This document shows, one piece after another, positions 47,329 to 60,245 of a stretch of DNA of 64,000 nt (positions are counted from its first letter, which is position 1; the number at the start of each line of letters is the position of its first letter). The stretch comes from Mytilus edulis. Taxonomy: Eukaryota. The translations under genes and the position numbers were made by a program. The stretch spans positions 34,534,001-34,598,000 of the forward strand of contig NC_092351.1 in the NCBI RefSeq assembly GCF_963676685.1, read 5' to 3'. Below the pieces are notes generated by a model, which was not told the origin of the DNA, did not search any database, and saw only the letters and a program-made list of their open reading frames with translations.

Positions 47329-50300
47329 ATGTCAAAAAAGAATGCAGATGTCGATTATAATTTCTTCGACACACCTAGGGACGATGAACAGGTTCAGGTT
47401 CATCATGTTCCACATGTGATTGTGAAAAACCGTCCCCCTCAAAAAGGGGGAACAAAAAATGGACACATTTCTTCCTCTGGCTCTGACTCCTACACCAGTG
47501 ACAGTGACAGCTGGACCGATTCAAGTGGTAGTGATGATGAGACTGCAAGGAGCAAGGGGAAAAAAAGTTACAGTAAAAATAAACCGGTAGTTGTCACAAA
47601 GAAATATTCAGAATCTGGAAGTTCTAGTGCATATTCTTATGGTTCATCAGATGAAGATTTTGAAGATGAGGAGAGTTCTCGTCAGAAAAATACAAAAAGT
47701 GTTTCGTCAAAAAAGAGTCAGAAAACACAGGCTTGGGAAATTAATGGGTCATCAAATAACAATAATGAAACAAGACCGAAATCTGCAAAATTCAGGAATA
47801 GATCAAAAGATAAATCTGATTCAGACAGTGAAATAACGGATGTTTCACCATTAAATTCACCACGTTCAACACCTAGTAGGTCACAAAAACAAGGACTCAA
47901 CAATGTGCAATATAACTCGTCACAAACACAGTCAGGGGATGGCGAAATAAAACTACAAAGTGATAAAATTGATCTTCGATTGTTAATGGATGCTGTATCA
48001 GAAATAGACAAACAAGAGAGACTGAAATCAAATACCAGAAGAGTGATGTTTGAACCTCCCAATTCAAAAGGAGGACAAAAAAATCATTATTCATTTGATA
48101 AAAGTCGCATAACAGACATTGAAAAGGAGAACCAAAGACTCTTACAACAAATAATGCATCAAATAGGACCAAAACAAAAGCGACAGCAACCCAAAATTCA
48201 ACATCAAGTTCCAAGAGTTGATAGACTGACATCCTCAGCAGTTAACAGGAGAAAACAACAGTCTAAAATAGAACAAGAAAATATGGTAAATTTTAGTTTC
48301 AGTATAAACAGTTACAGAAAATGATTAAATACTTACACATGCATATACAATGTACATGTACATGTACATGTATGACATGGTAAAACATTTTTTTGATTTT
48401 ATAGAATAAAGAGATGTGGTATGATTGTCAACAAGACAACTATCCAACAGAGTTCAAATATATTTTTTCAAACAACTAAGGTCACTTAGGTCAGTGCAAA
48501 ATTCCTTTATTCCATAATAGTAAAAGTTAGTCATGAAAACTTGAAACAATTCAAAATAATTTATAAATTAATTTTAAAAGTGAGTGACATACATTTTGTA
48601 CATTGTTGTATATCATGTACATGTATATAGATCATCTTCTCAAGTTAGTCCAAAAAGTGTACCTACACCAGATTGTCATGTACATGTACATGTACCAAAC
48701 AATTTTCAGTGCATGAGTACAAATAAACATAATAAAAATGATCTCATTGTAGATGTACAAGTATGTTGGTTTTGTTTCAGTTGTTACTTTGAGTTGCATT
48801 TGTATACCATTGATTTAAAAGTAGGCTTGGAGCAAGCAGAGAAAAAAACACCATTTGTATGTTCTAAATACATGAAATATATTATTCATTTTGAATTAAA
48901 AGTATAGATCATATTTTTCATTATTCATGAAAAAGCCAAAATTCACTGCATTCAGTCAGTCAAGCAGATACATGTATTAAACTGAAATTCCCATTTGCAT
49001 AGACACTTGTAACTTTGTGTGTAGGTGTACTTGTATACTATTGTATCTATTAGTAACTACATTTTACATTTGTTAGGTATATATACAATTGTGTGTGCTT
49101 GATTTGAAACCGTTACACACTTTAAAGTCAGAAATTTTGTGACAAAAATCTTATTTTTTTAATGGATTTTTTCACTATACAGATAGCATTGCATGAGTAT
49201 GAGATATTATTAAAGTCCCTGTCTTTCTCATGCTCCTGGTTTACTGAGTTGACATTTTCTCTGTTAGTCACATGTATGTCCACTTACATGTTCCCTCTAC
49301 AAATGTAGGTTACTTTTTTTTACTTTTAAATATAAACTATTAGGGATGAAAATGAAAAAAAAACAGCAAGCATATATACATGTACATCATGTACGTCAAT
49401 ATAATTATATACATGTACTAATATGTACTGTACAATACCAAGAAATACATTTGGCAGTTCTCTTGGAAGGATTGTGTCTGATGTTCATATGATGAAATCA
49501 TAATCTTTCAGTCAGTTTAATTGAAGTCTGGAGCTGGCATGTCAGTTAACTACTAGTAGTCTGTTGTTATTTATGTATTATTGTCATTTTGTTTATTTTC
49601 TTTGGTTACATCTTCTGACATCAGACTCGGACTTCTCTTGAACTGAATTTTAATGTGTGTATTGTTATGCGTTTACTTTTCTACATTGGTTAGAGGTATA
49701 GGGGGAGGGTTGAGATCTCACAAACATGTTAAACCCCACCGCATTTTTGCGCCTGTCCCAAGTCAGGAGCCTCTGGCCTTTGTTAGTCTTGTATTATTTT
49801 AATTTTAGTTTCTTGTGTACAATTTGGAAATTAGTATGGCGTTCATTATCACTGGACTAGTATATATTTGTTTAGGGGCCAGCTGAAGGACGCCTCCGGG
49901 TGCGGGAATTTCTCGCTACATTGAAGACCTGTTGGTGACCCTCTGCTGTTGTTTTTTATTTGGTCGGGTTGTTGTCTCTTTGACACATTCCCCATTTCCA
50001 TTCTCAATTTTATCTTGTACATGTATCTAAAAGAGTTGTTTATGATTGTAATACTAGCATTGAAAAAAAGGCATGTCAATTTAATATTTTTAAATGCTCA
50101 TTGCTAATTGAATTTTATGCTTGGTCTAGTCATGCTAGTCAAGTAGCCTTAGTACTAAGTAGGCATGGTATGCAGTGAGCTTGTATTTTGTATACCTGAT
50201 ATATTTATATACAGAATCTTAATTATGATAATGGTGAATAAATGAAGATAGAAAAAATATTGATTTACATGTATCTGATAGACAGATGTTAATATGACCA

Positions 50301-53300
50301 TCATGATGACATGTCACAGTTCTGCATGTTTTGATTTCTTATTTATCACACTTCCAGCATGTTCAGTGATACATGTACATGTATTATATTTAACTAATTA
50401 GTACATATATATATACTAATGTAATTTATACATGTGTATATTTGAGAGTGATAAAATTATATAGGATGAAAAATTGACACTGTCACTTTGAAATAAAATG
50501 TAATTAATTATATAAGTCAAATGATAATTACATTTAATGTTAAACAATGACAAATTTTGTATAGTCTTGTATGCAGACTTTGGCAAAACCAAGAATATCC
50601 ACAATAGGCACAAATATACAAGTTTCATTTATTCATGAAAATTGGATTAATTCACAGTACATACATGTATTAACTAAACCATGAACTTTAAAAAATCTTT
50701 GAATAATATATAATTCTAAGGGTTTGTTGTTTATTCTTTTATTCTAGTTATTTTGTTGATTTTCAGAAGGCTTTTGATACTGTTATACATACAGGGATCA
50801 AGATTAAACTACTAGATATTGGGGCTGGGTCTTATTTTTATAACATTATTAAAAGTATGTATGAAATTAGCAAATCATGTGTCAAAATTCAAAATCAAGT
50901 AAGTGATTTTTTCCCATTAGATATTGGAGTCAAACAAGGTGACAACCTCAGTCCGAATTTATTCAAGATATTCATAAATGATTTGCCCAGATATTTGTCA
51001 GATACTAGAGACCCAGTTAATGTCAATGACAAAGATCTACATTGTTTAATGTATGCTGATGATATTGTTTTATTATCTACATCAGCTGAAGGACTACGAG
51101 AAAAGCTGGGAATGCTTGATAAATTTTGCAAAGATTGGTGTCTCAATGTGAATACTAATAAGACAAAGGTGCTGATTTTCAACAAGGCAGGCAGACATGT
51201 AAAACAGATATTCACATTTCAGAATATAAATCTGGAATGTGTTTCAAAATACAAATACCTAGGTTTATATTTAAGCTCATCTGGTTCATTCAGTTATGCT
51301 CAAAATGAACTATACAAAAAATCCCTGAAAGCTCATTTCAAATTAAGGAAAGATCTTTTATCACTTAATCCTGGTGTAAAAACAAGTATTCATGTTTTTG
51401 ACCACACTGTAAAACCTATTTTATTATATGGTAGCGAAATATGGGGGATGTTTAATTCTCTTTCCTCTAAATGTAAGAAGGAAGATATATCTTTTGAAAA
51501 ATTGTATTCAGGTTTACCCTGTGAGAAACTTCATATAAAATTTTGTAAATTTATACTTGGGGTACACAAGAAAACAACAAATGCTGCAGTGTTATCTGAA
51601 CTTGGAAGATTTCCAATATATTTTAATATTATAAAAGGAATGTTATTGTACTGGTATAGATTAGAGAATTTAGGTAATAATTTTCCTCTATTAAAAGAGG
51701 CATATACACAATCAAAGACACTACATCACATGAATATAACATCATGGTATGGTTCAATAAATGTTGTTTTTAAAATACTTGGTATTGACTATACAAATGC
51801 CATAAATGCTCCATTTTGTGAATCCTTATACAAATTTAAGAAATATATACAAACCAAGCTATCAATATTGTTTATTAGCTGTTGGAAAAAACAAATAGAT
51901 AAATTTTCAGACAGTAAACTGAAAACCTACCTTTTATATAAAACAAATTTTGGTTTTGAAAAATATCTAACATTGATCAAGAATTTTGAACTTAGAAGAA
52001 GTTTTACTAAATTACGTGTATCTTCTCATAGATTACAAATAGAATTAGGTAGATATCAGGGTATTCCCCGAATTAACAGAATATGTAATAAATGTTCTTC
52101 CAATACTGTCGAAGATGAGGCTCATTTTCTATTTGATTGTAACAAATTTGAGGATGATAGAAATTGTATGTTAGCTAGTATTGCACAATATAATTCTTAT
52201 TTTAATCATATGAACAGTCAAAGCAAAATTATCTGGTTATTTAGTGTAGAAAATGTTGAGTTACTTAAAATAATATGTAATTTTATATACAAACATCTTC
52301 CTTAGTGAAGATTAGTTAAAGGAAATCTATGTGTGTATATACATTTGATTGGACATAGAAAATTATATTCATCTGAATATCACAAACATACTAGCCGATT
52401 AAAAAAAAAAAAAATAATTGTTAAGATATATTATTTATTCAAATGTTCTCTTATATCCTTGAGGCATCGTCCCCTGGTATCAACTGCATTCAAGTTACCT
52501 ATGATGCTTCCTTGTTTGCTTTTGATACAGGTAGGAAAGAGACATTTACACACATTTTACATGCCTATGGCCCATAAGGTATCGCCCCCTGGTGTCAGCT
52601 GCCTTTAGGAAACCATAATGCTTTCCTATTTGCTGCTGACACAGGATGAGTCATTGACATGTTTAATTTCTACTTTCTTTTTGGCTAATTATTATATATT
52701 TAATTGATCCAACTTTTTGTGTACTATACATATGTGGATATCTATTTTTCTTTTTTTCTTTTTGGGCTGCTTGTTTGTTATCTATATCAACCACACTTGC
52801 AATAAAATGCATTAGTATTAAAAAAAAACATACTATAGATTCTTTATCTACGTATTCTTTAAGAACTTAAATAGTTCTCGTTTAACTTTTTTTTTTTTTT
52901 TTTATCTCATTGTTTGTATTGTATTATGAAAAAAATATTGATGTTGTAATGTTTATGCCCTTTGGGGCCCATAATTGGAAAATAAAATATCTTATCTTAT
53001 CTTATCTTATATCATTATATAGTGAGTTAGGCCAATTAAAATTAATTGGTAGATTTTCATCCCCGCCCGCCCCTCTGAAATCGTCCCGCCCCGATTTTTT
53101 TTATTTTGAAAAATTTTCGATTTCCGGATTTGTTCATCTCCGTTTCCGGTAACCGTTAAAAATTGTGTTTCCTTCCAAACTTCCTGTTTCAATTAATTTG
53201 GAAATAAAAATAAAAAAATAAAATCCTCCCACCCGCCCCATTTTTTTCAAAAATTTGGATGAAAATCTACTAATTAATTTTAGTTGGCCTTAGTCTTATA

Positions 53301-56300
53301 TCTTGGAAACTATAATAGATAATGACAAAGCAGAAATGCCAGTATTCAACGTGTCAAGATCTACATTGTAGCTACCCCCAGACTCCTATTTTCACCAAAT
53401 AAACTTGTTGCATATATTGTATCAATTTATTTTTGGCAAAAATGTCTGATAAGTGATGCAGCTTACCTCCATTTAAAATTAGTCTAGATGGAAATCTTGA
53501 ATTAAAAGTTCAAATTTCAATAAAAAAATATATTTTGCTGGCAAAAAAGGATCTTTATCACACCCTGTCCTTTTGATCTGATGATTATAAATGCATGATA
53601 CTTGAAGGAATAAGTGCTCAGTTAACCAGCAGTTGTACATGTAAATGTCATGTATTCTCCCATTCCTAGTTAATAAAAATAAATTGTTCCATTCAAATTA
53701 TAATTCTTTTTAAAATACTACCTAGTACTAGTGCATTCATTGAATACATTGAATCATTATACATTTGTATGTACATGTAAGTTAACCATCCATTGTAAAG
53801 ATATATATATATTTAAAATAAATTTTATAAGAAAGTTAAATGAATTAAAAAGATATAAAAATGAATAGATTTTTAATTAATCCTTTTATTAGCTCACCTG
53901 GCCCGAAGGGCCAAGTGAGCTTTTCTCACCACTTGGCGTCCGTCGTCCGTCGTCGTCGTCCGTCGTCCGTCGTCGTCGTCGTTAACAATTTACATTTTGA
54001 ACTTCTTCTAGAGAACCACTGAATGGAATGGAACCAAACATGGCATGAATGTTCCTTATGAGGTGCTGACCAAGTGTTGTTACTTTGTAGCCGATCCATC
54101 ATCCAAGATGGCCGCCAGCGGGGGACTTAGTTTAACATAGGACGCTATGGGAAATGCATACAAATGACTTCTTTTAGAGAACCACTGAATGGAATGAAAC
54201 CAAACATGGCATGAATGTTCCTTATGAGGTGCTGACCAAGTGTTGTTACTTTGTAGCCGATCCATCATCCAAGATGGCCGCCAGCCGGGGACTTAGTTTA
54301 ACATAGGACCCTATGGGAAATGCATACAAATGACTTCTTTTAGAGAACCACTGAATGGAATGAAACCAAACATGGCATGAATGTTCCTTATGAGGTGCTG
54401 ACCAAGTGTTGTTACTTTGTAGCCGATCCATCATCCAAGATGGCCGCCATCCGGGGACTTAGTTTAACATAGGACCCTATGGGAAATGCATACAAATGAC
54501 TTCTTTTAGAGAACCACTGAATGGAATAAAACCAAACATAGCATGAATTATCCTTATGGGGTGCTGACCAAGTGTTGTTACTTTGTAGCCGATCCATCAT
54601 CCAAGATGGCCTCCAGCGGGGGACTTAGTTTAACATAGGACCCTATGGGAAATGCATACAAATGACTTCTTCTAGAGAACCACCAAATGGAATGAAACCA
54701 AACATTGCATGAATGTTCCTTATGGAGTGCTGACCAAGTGTTGTTACTTTGTAGCCGATCTATTATCCAAGATGGCCGCCAGCGGGGACTTAGTTTAACA
54801 TAGGACCCTATTGGAAATGCATACAAATGACTTCTTCTAGTGAACCACTGAATGGAATGAAACCAAACATGGCATGAATGTTCCTTATGTGGTGCTGACC
54901 AAGTGTTGTTACTTTGTAGCCGATCCATCATCAAAGATGGCCCCCAGCAGGGGACTTAGTTTAACATAGGACCCTATGGGAAATGCATACAAATGACTTC
55001 TTTTAGAGAACCACTGAATGGAATGAAACCAAACATGGCATGAATGTTCCTTATGAGGTGCTGACCAAGTGTTGTTACTTTGTTGCTGATCCATCATCCA
55101 AGATGGCCGCCAGCCGGGGACTTAGTTTAACATAGGACCCTATTGGAAATGCATACAAATGACTTCTTCTAGAGAACCACTAAATGGAATTAAACCAAAC
55201 ATAGCATGAATGTTCCTTATGGAGTGCTGACCAAGTGTAGTTACTTTGTAGCTGATCCATTATCCAAGATGGCCGCCAGCGGGTGACTTAGTTTAACATA
55301 GGACCCTATTGGAAATGCATACAAATCACTTCTTCTAGTGAACCACTGAATGGAATGAAACCAAACATGGCATGAATGTTCCTTATGTGATGCTGACCAA
55401 GTGTTGTTACTTTGTAGCCGATCCGTCATCCAAGATGGCCGCCAGTGGGGGACTTTTGAATGAAATTAAACATGTTCCTTTCCTTATAAATGAGGTTGTG
55501 TTGTCACTTTTAGCCAAATTTTATATTTTTTTATATGATTTTAAAAACCCAAGTAGAATCAGGTGAGCGATACAGGCTCTTGAGAGCCTCTAGTTTGTTA
55601 TCTGACCTTAAGGTATGGTATTTTATTAGGACATATTTTTGTTTTAGATTAAAAAAAAACAATAAATTGTTTTAAAATAATTATTATTCAATATTATGAA
55701 CTAAAGTGTGAAATGTCTTTAAAAGGTCAGAATGTAGAATAAAGCTTGAATCTAACATACGTGTACATGTATTACTAGGTGTAAAAAAATCCTTAAGGTT
55801 AGGTTTATTGGTATATAAGTGCTAGTAAAGATTTTAATTCTATATTTGAACCAGTACACACTACACAATGCATAAGTTCAAAAATAAGTTAGAATATTAC
55901 ACATATAATATAATTTATTGATATACCGAAAAGAAAAAAAAGAAAAAGTATTATACTGGAAGTAGGTATACGGATGAAATTGAATTTTTACATATGTTCT
56001 TTTTTATGATATATTTTGAACATGTACATTGTAGCATATTGTCATAATACATATACCGGTAGATGTTCCGGACCATATGAGTATTTGGACCATACGCGTA
56101 TGGTCATGACCATATGCGTATACTCATATGGTCCGACCATACGCGTATGGTCGGACCATATGAGTATAATACTCGTTTGGTTATTAACGGGCCGGACCAT
56201 ATGAGTATTTGGACCATCAACGTTTCAACAAAACAAAGACTTTATCTAAAAACAAGTGATGATTACATGACAATTTATTAATTTTATAATCCAAAAGCTA

Positions 56301-59300
56301 CGTAAAAATTAAATATTGATGCAGTAGATAGTTTTCATCGCTAGTGACATTCTTGCATGTAGGCTTAGGTGACATTCGTAAAATGGCTGCAATACACCAT
56401 ATTCACAAGACAACGTAAATAAACTGTGTTACTTTCCACTGACTACTTGTGTAACCGTTCATAAAGAAATTTTTGAAATTTGTTTTTTTAGTCGACATAT
56501 TGCCATTCACTCGTAATAACAAATCGGTAATGACCATCGATAATGACCATTGGTATAAAATGTGTTTACTATAAATTTGACAATTAAGTAAAATTAACTA
56601 TGTGAATCTTCTTATTTTTATTTAGCTTATCTTTTTATTATAATACAATAATAAAATTACTTATATGATAGCGTCTTTTTAATGAATGGTCATACCATAT
56701 GAAGAGTTTAGAAGTATTAAAAGTAAACTGTAACAGATTGTTAACTACCCCGACCATACGCGTACGGTCGGACCATATGAGTATATACCTATATGGTCAT
56801 GACCATACGCGTAAAAGCCGTATGGTCCAAATACTCATATGGTCCGGAACATATATATATATTACATTTTTTTTCCTTCAGTATACCTAAAACACTTAAT
56901 GAGGCAATACTTTCATTTCATTAGACAATGTTTATTCACCAAATTAACTTTGGTATATAATTACATGGTATAGGATATAAAGTCTTTTGTCAAATTGTTT
57001 ATCCATCCGGTTCAGCTTATTTAAGTCCATATCTAAGCTTATTCAAGTCACTGATAAAAAAAATTCTGTTATAATTAAAATTCCACTCTGACCTTCATTA
57101 TATGCATGGATGACTTCGGTTACATTTTGTGTTGATGTACATGTACGTACAGATCTAAGCAACCAAAAATCAAAGAAAAAAACTTTGTTTGTTGATACAT
57201 CACTTATTAGTGATGAGGAAGATCCACAATAAAAATAAGATTTATAACCATGACTTCATTTTACACATGAATGGCATTGTTTATTGTCTTTATTTTATTG
57301 TTTGAAAGTTTCCTTTGTGATCAAATGTGTATCAAGGATTTTGAAAACGGGGATGGGCCTAAATAGACAATTTTTTGGAGTGGCAAAGTTAAAAGTCTTC
57401 TTAAACATGTAGCTCCATATGAGGATAGGGCCCCATCACCCCACCCTTAATCCAACTTTGATAATTATAATTTAAAACACAAAAACAGATAAAAGTTTTG
57501 TTGTCTCATAGCCCTATACCAACTGGATTAGGATGCATGGATACAGTGAAATCTGCAATTCTTCAAAGTGTTTATATTTATTTATGGGTTGGAGAGAATT
57601 TAAGTTTTGATATAAAGATTAAATGCAGCAATTGAAAAATGTTCTGGTGCATACAAATATGAGCTGAGAGTGACTGTTCTTTCAGGGTAATACTGACTTT
57701 GAATTTCAGTACCAGAGAATAAGCTGTTGAGGGTTGTCTTGAGATTCATTGTCTTGCCAACAAATTTTCTTTTTTTCTGTAAATCATTGATCCTTGCATT
57801 GGTATGCTACTACAATGTCATCCATAAATTTCAGTCTCAACTAGAGTATACATGTATATGGCTTTCCCTTTTTAGTCAATCTTAAACTGTTGTTTGTATT
57901 TTTGGCATTTTGGTATTTCCATGGTCTGTTTTACTTTCACTTAAAATGATTTTTCATTGCCTCAACTGGTACCTACTTTCCACTTCTTTATAAATCTCTC
58001 GTTGATTTTGTCCCAGTAAAAAATTGTGTAATATGTTAGGAAGAGGTAAGGAAAATCATCGATTGTGAAATGAGTTAAATCATATTTTGACTTTGAATGC
58101 ATGGAAATGCCTTGAGTAGCTTGTTTGAGTATGCTTTGGTGCTGTTACATGTAAATGTTGCAGTTTCTACACTCTAGTCATTGGTTGCAAATTATACATA
58201 AATATTGCATTATCTACATGAAAAATTGCAAGGAAACTTCCTTAAAGAAATTATCACTATAAAACAAACTGAACTTTATATCATAATAAACACATGTACA
58301 TATGTACTGGTAAAACTGAGGCTGGGTGATACAGATTGATTTATGAATAAATTTTGCTTTATATGTATCCTCTATGGCTCTAGGGTGAAAATATATGTCA
58401 GCATGAGGTCACTATAAAGTTTCTTTAAGGCTCATCACACAATGTTTTCTGATATTTTTTTATTCTGAACTTGTTTAACATTACATATTGTAAATAATAA
58501 ACATAAATTATACTTGGTTGTCAGAGTGAAAGTGTAAATGTTTTCCTTTATGTACATTTAACCACACATAATTGAATCTTAAAAACTATTCGCCGAAACC
58601 TTGTTTGAAACTTTTAAGACATTTACACTAGTTCAAGTCGCCTTAGTATTTGAGATAGGTATATTTGTTCAGTATTTAAATTACGTCCGCAATCTCTTTA
58701 AAAGCTTTCAAAATGTGGAAACTCATTTAAGGTATATATATCAATTCATTATCATATTAGGGTTGTTCATGTAGAACCTATTTTGTATAGTGATCTTACT
58801 ATAGATTAAATATTAAAGTCTGAAAAGCAGAAGTGTGCGGAAAGGTCATAATGGTAACTTTGGTGAATTACCAAACTGTTGTTCATACACTCTGTCAACA
58901 TGAAAAATCAATAGACGGAAGCTTAGTAGCTCCAGACTGTCATCGTGTTCAATCTACCTGAAAATCTAGATATTAATCCACCCGTGTAAATAAAATATAC
59001 ATAATTCAGTTTAATCTAAACTCAGCATTTATGGACAATTGCCAAAATTGCATGTATAGAAAAAACAGTGTAGGCATGAACCCTTTATTCGCTTCTTAAA
59101 TAAATATTCTTTGAGTAATCAGCACCAGACATATTTAGATAAGATAAAAATCATCACAGTTTTTGGGCAAGTTAAATAAGGTGTTGTTAATGAATCATAG
59201 AAGAAATATTGACATTTCGTAATTATTAAATCCATATTTGCACAAAAGGTGTCGTGAAAAGTAAATTTTTCCCAATTATAAAATTGAGGAGATGGGATGA

Positions 59301-60245
59301 TAATGCAAATGAAGCAATTATTTTCCAATAACGATTGTTCATTTGTAATTCCCAGCATATTTACATTGAATGATTTCATTAAAATTTGAAAAGATTTAAT
59401 TATTGTAATGTGCACTAGATGGCAGTTGTAGTTAACATTGATATAAAGTTTTAAAACTTTTATGTTTTATATTAAGTTAGTATTTAAATTTTATTCAAAC
59501 TATGTGTATTTTTATCATGTTAACACATGCCAGTTATGTCCATTTCATTGATATGGTATTCCATGGACTACCTAGAATTCTTTATCAGTCAATTGGAAGG
59601 TCCTAATTGCTAAGTGGAACATAAGGCACAGGGACCTTGAGAGGGGTGTATATAAACTGTACCACTTGTACAAATATGTATGTGCCTTAAGAATTAAACA
59701 AGTACACCAATATATACATAAGTTTTATCTAAACTTGCTATCAAGATATGTATGCTCTTACTTTGTAATACAAATTATTATAAGATAATAAGATGATTTA
59801 TGAACAACAGGGTGTACCACTATTCAAAAAGTCTCTACTTTTCTCTTTTCAGAAATTTCTCAATAGATTGCAGAAAGCAAAGGCATCCAGGGGATTGTCA
59901 AGAAAGGAACAATTAGATGAATATTCCAAAGCAACATTATATGGTGTACCGATAGCTGCTGTGCATGAGCAGATGGAACAAGAAAGGCTCGACTCAACTT
60001 ACATGAGAAGTGCGAGTAGTCTCACCTCAACGTTTGGAATGACCCCAGGCAGAAGGTCAAGGCCCACAAGTGCAAAATCTAACGCCAGCTCAATTCGCCC
60101 AGGAAGTGCTAAATCTACAATGTCTACCGCTAGCCGTGTAAGTCGTGGTAGCAGACCAGGCAGTGGTAAAGTGTACAGACCTACAGACGGTCATCAGGCT
60201 TGGGACGGTCGTCCGGCATGGGACGATAGATTTTCATTTTCATAG
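47329..60245 (+). CDS. CFAP97: Cilia- and flagella-associated protein 97 (KIAA1430 family), 2 coding exons
   Basis: Exon 1 47329-48285 (ATG..ENM|gtaaat) and exon 2 59853-60245 (ttttcag|KFLNRLQ). Motifs VDYNFFD, TDVSPLNSP, NHYSF..IEKENQRLL, TSSAVNRRKQQSKIEQENMKFLNRLQKAK. Confidence 0.88.
49466..50011 (+). repeat. Dispersed repeat, unclassified
   Basis: Its 3' end GGTCGGGTTGTTGTCTCTTTGACACATTCCCCATTTCCATTCTCAATTTT recurs at 4340-4390. The core GCCTGTCCCAAGTCAGGA is shared with fragments at about 36580 (+), 62820 (-) and 20090 (-). Confidence 0.65.
50740..53010 (+). mobile_element. 5'-truncated non-LTR retrotransposon (RTEX/CR1-group-like) in the CFAP97 intron
   Basis: The frame extends upstream of the listed ORF (FVDFQKAFDTV at about 50750). 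About 700-bp 3' UTR ending in AATAAA and an (ATCTT)n tail at 52988-53010. Confidence 0.85.
50857..52305 (+). CDS. LINE ORF2 fragment: reverse transcriptase and C-terminal cysteine-rich domain
   Basis: GVKQGDNLSP, MYADD, YKYLG, ELGRFP, LRVSSHRLQIELGRY, CNKC..EDEAHFLFDC. Confidence 0.9.
   Translation: MYEISKSCVKIQNQVSDFFPLDIGVKQGDNLSPNLFKIFINDLPRYLSDTRDPVNVNDKDLHCLMYADDIVLLSTSAEGLREKLGMLDKFCKDWCLNVNTNKTKVLIFNKAGRHVKQIFTFQNINLECVSKYKYLGLYLSSSGSFSYAQNELYKKSLKAHFKLRKDLLSLNPGVKTSIHVFDHTVKPILLYGSEIWGMFNSLSSKCKKEDISFEKLYSGLPCEKLHIKFCKFILGVHKKTTNAAVLSELGRFPIYFNIIKGMLLYWYRLENLGNNFPLLKEAYTQSKTLHHMNITSWYGSINVVFKILGIDYTNAINAPFCESLYKFKKYIQTKLSILFISCWKKQIDKFSDSKLKTYLLYKTNFGFEKYLTLIKNFELRRSFTKLRVSSHRLQIELGRYQGIPRINRICNKCSSNTVEDEAHFLFDCNKFEDDRNCMLASIAQYNSYFNHMNSQSKIIWLFSVENVELLKIICNFIYKHLP
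53030..53289. mobile_element. PIF/Harbinger-type MITE
   Basis: TTA|GGCCAATTAAAATTAATTGGTAGATTTTCATCC ... GGATGAAAATCTACTAATTAATTTTAGTTGGCC|TTA. Confidence 0.85.
53889..55595 (+). mobile_element. Non-autonomous Helentron/HINE-like element with a 166-bp satellite array
   Basis: 5' TTAGCTCACCTG, (GTC/GTCC)n at 53937-53981, then the array, subTIR CAGGTGAGC (55560) and hairpin AGGCTCTTGAGAGCCT-CTAG. Confidence 0.82.
53999..55455. repeat. 166-bp tandem repeat, about 8.8 copies
   Basis: The period shows in the sequence and in the repeated pseudo-ORFs at 54080, 54246, 54412 and 54578. Confidence 0.97.
56064..56851. mobile_element. Non-autonomous element with TGT..ACA ends (Ginger-like MITE)
   Basis: 32-bp TIR TGTTCCGGACCATATGAGTATTTGGACCATAC; flanks TAGA and TATA; subterminal GACCATA repeats. 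Confidence 0.75.

Noticed and set aside
54080-55429. Family of repeated 62-aa ORFs (MMDRLQSNNTWS..)
   Set aside because: By-product of the 166-bp tandem repeat. The period is not a multiple of 3 and there is no coding signal.
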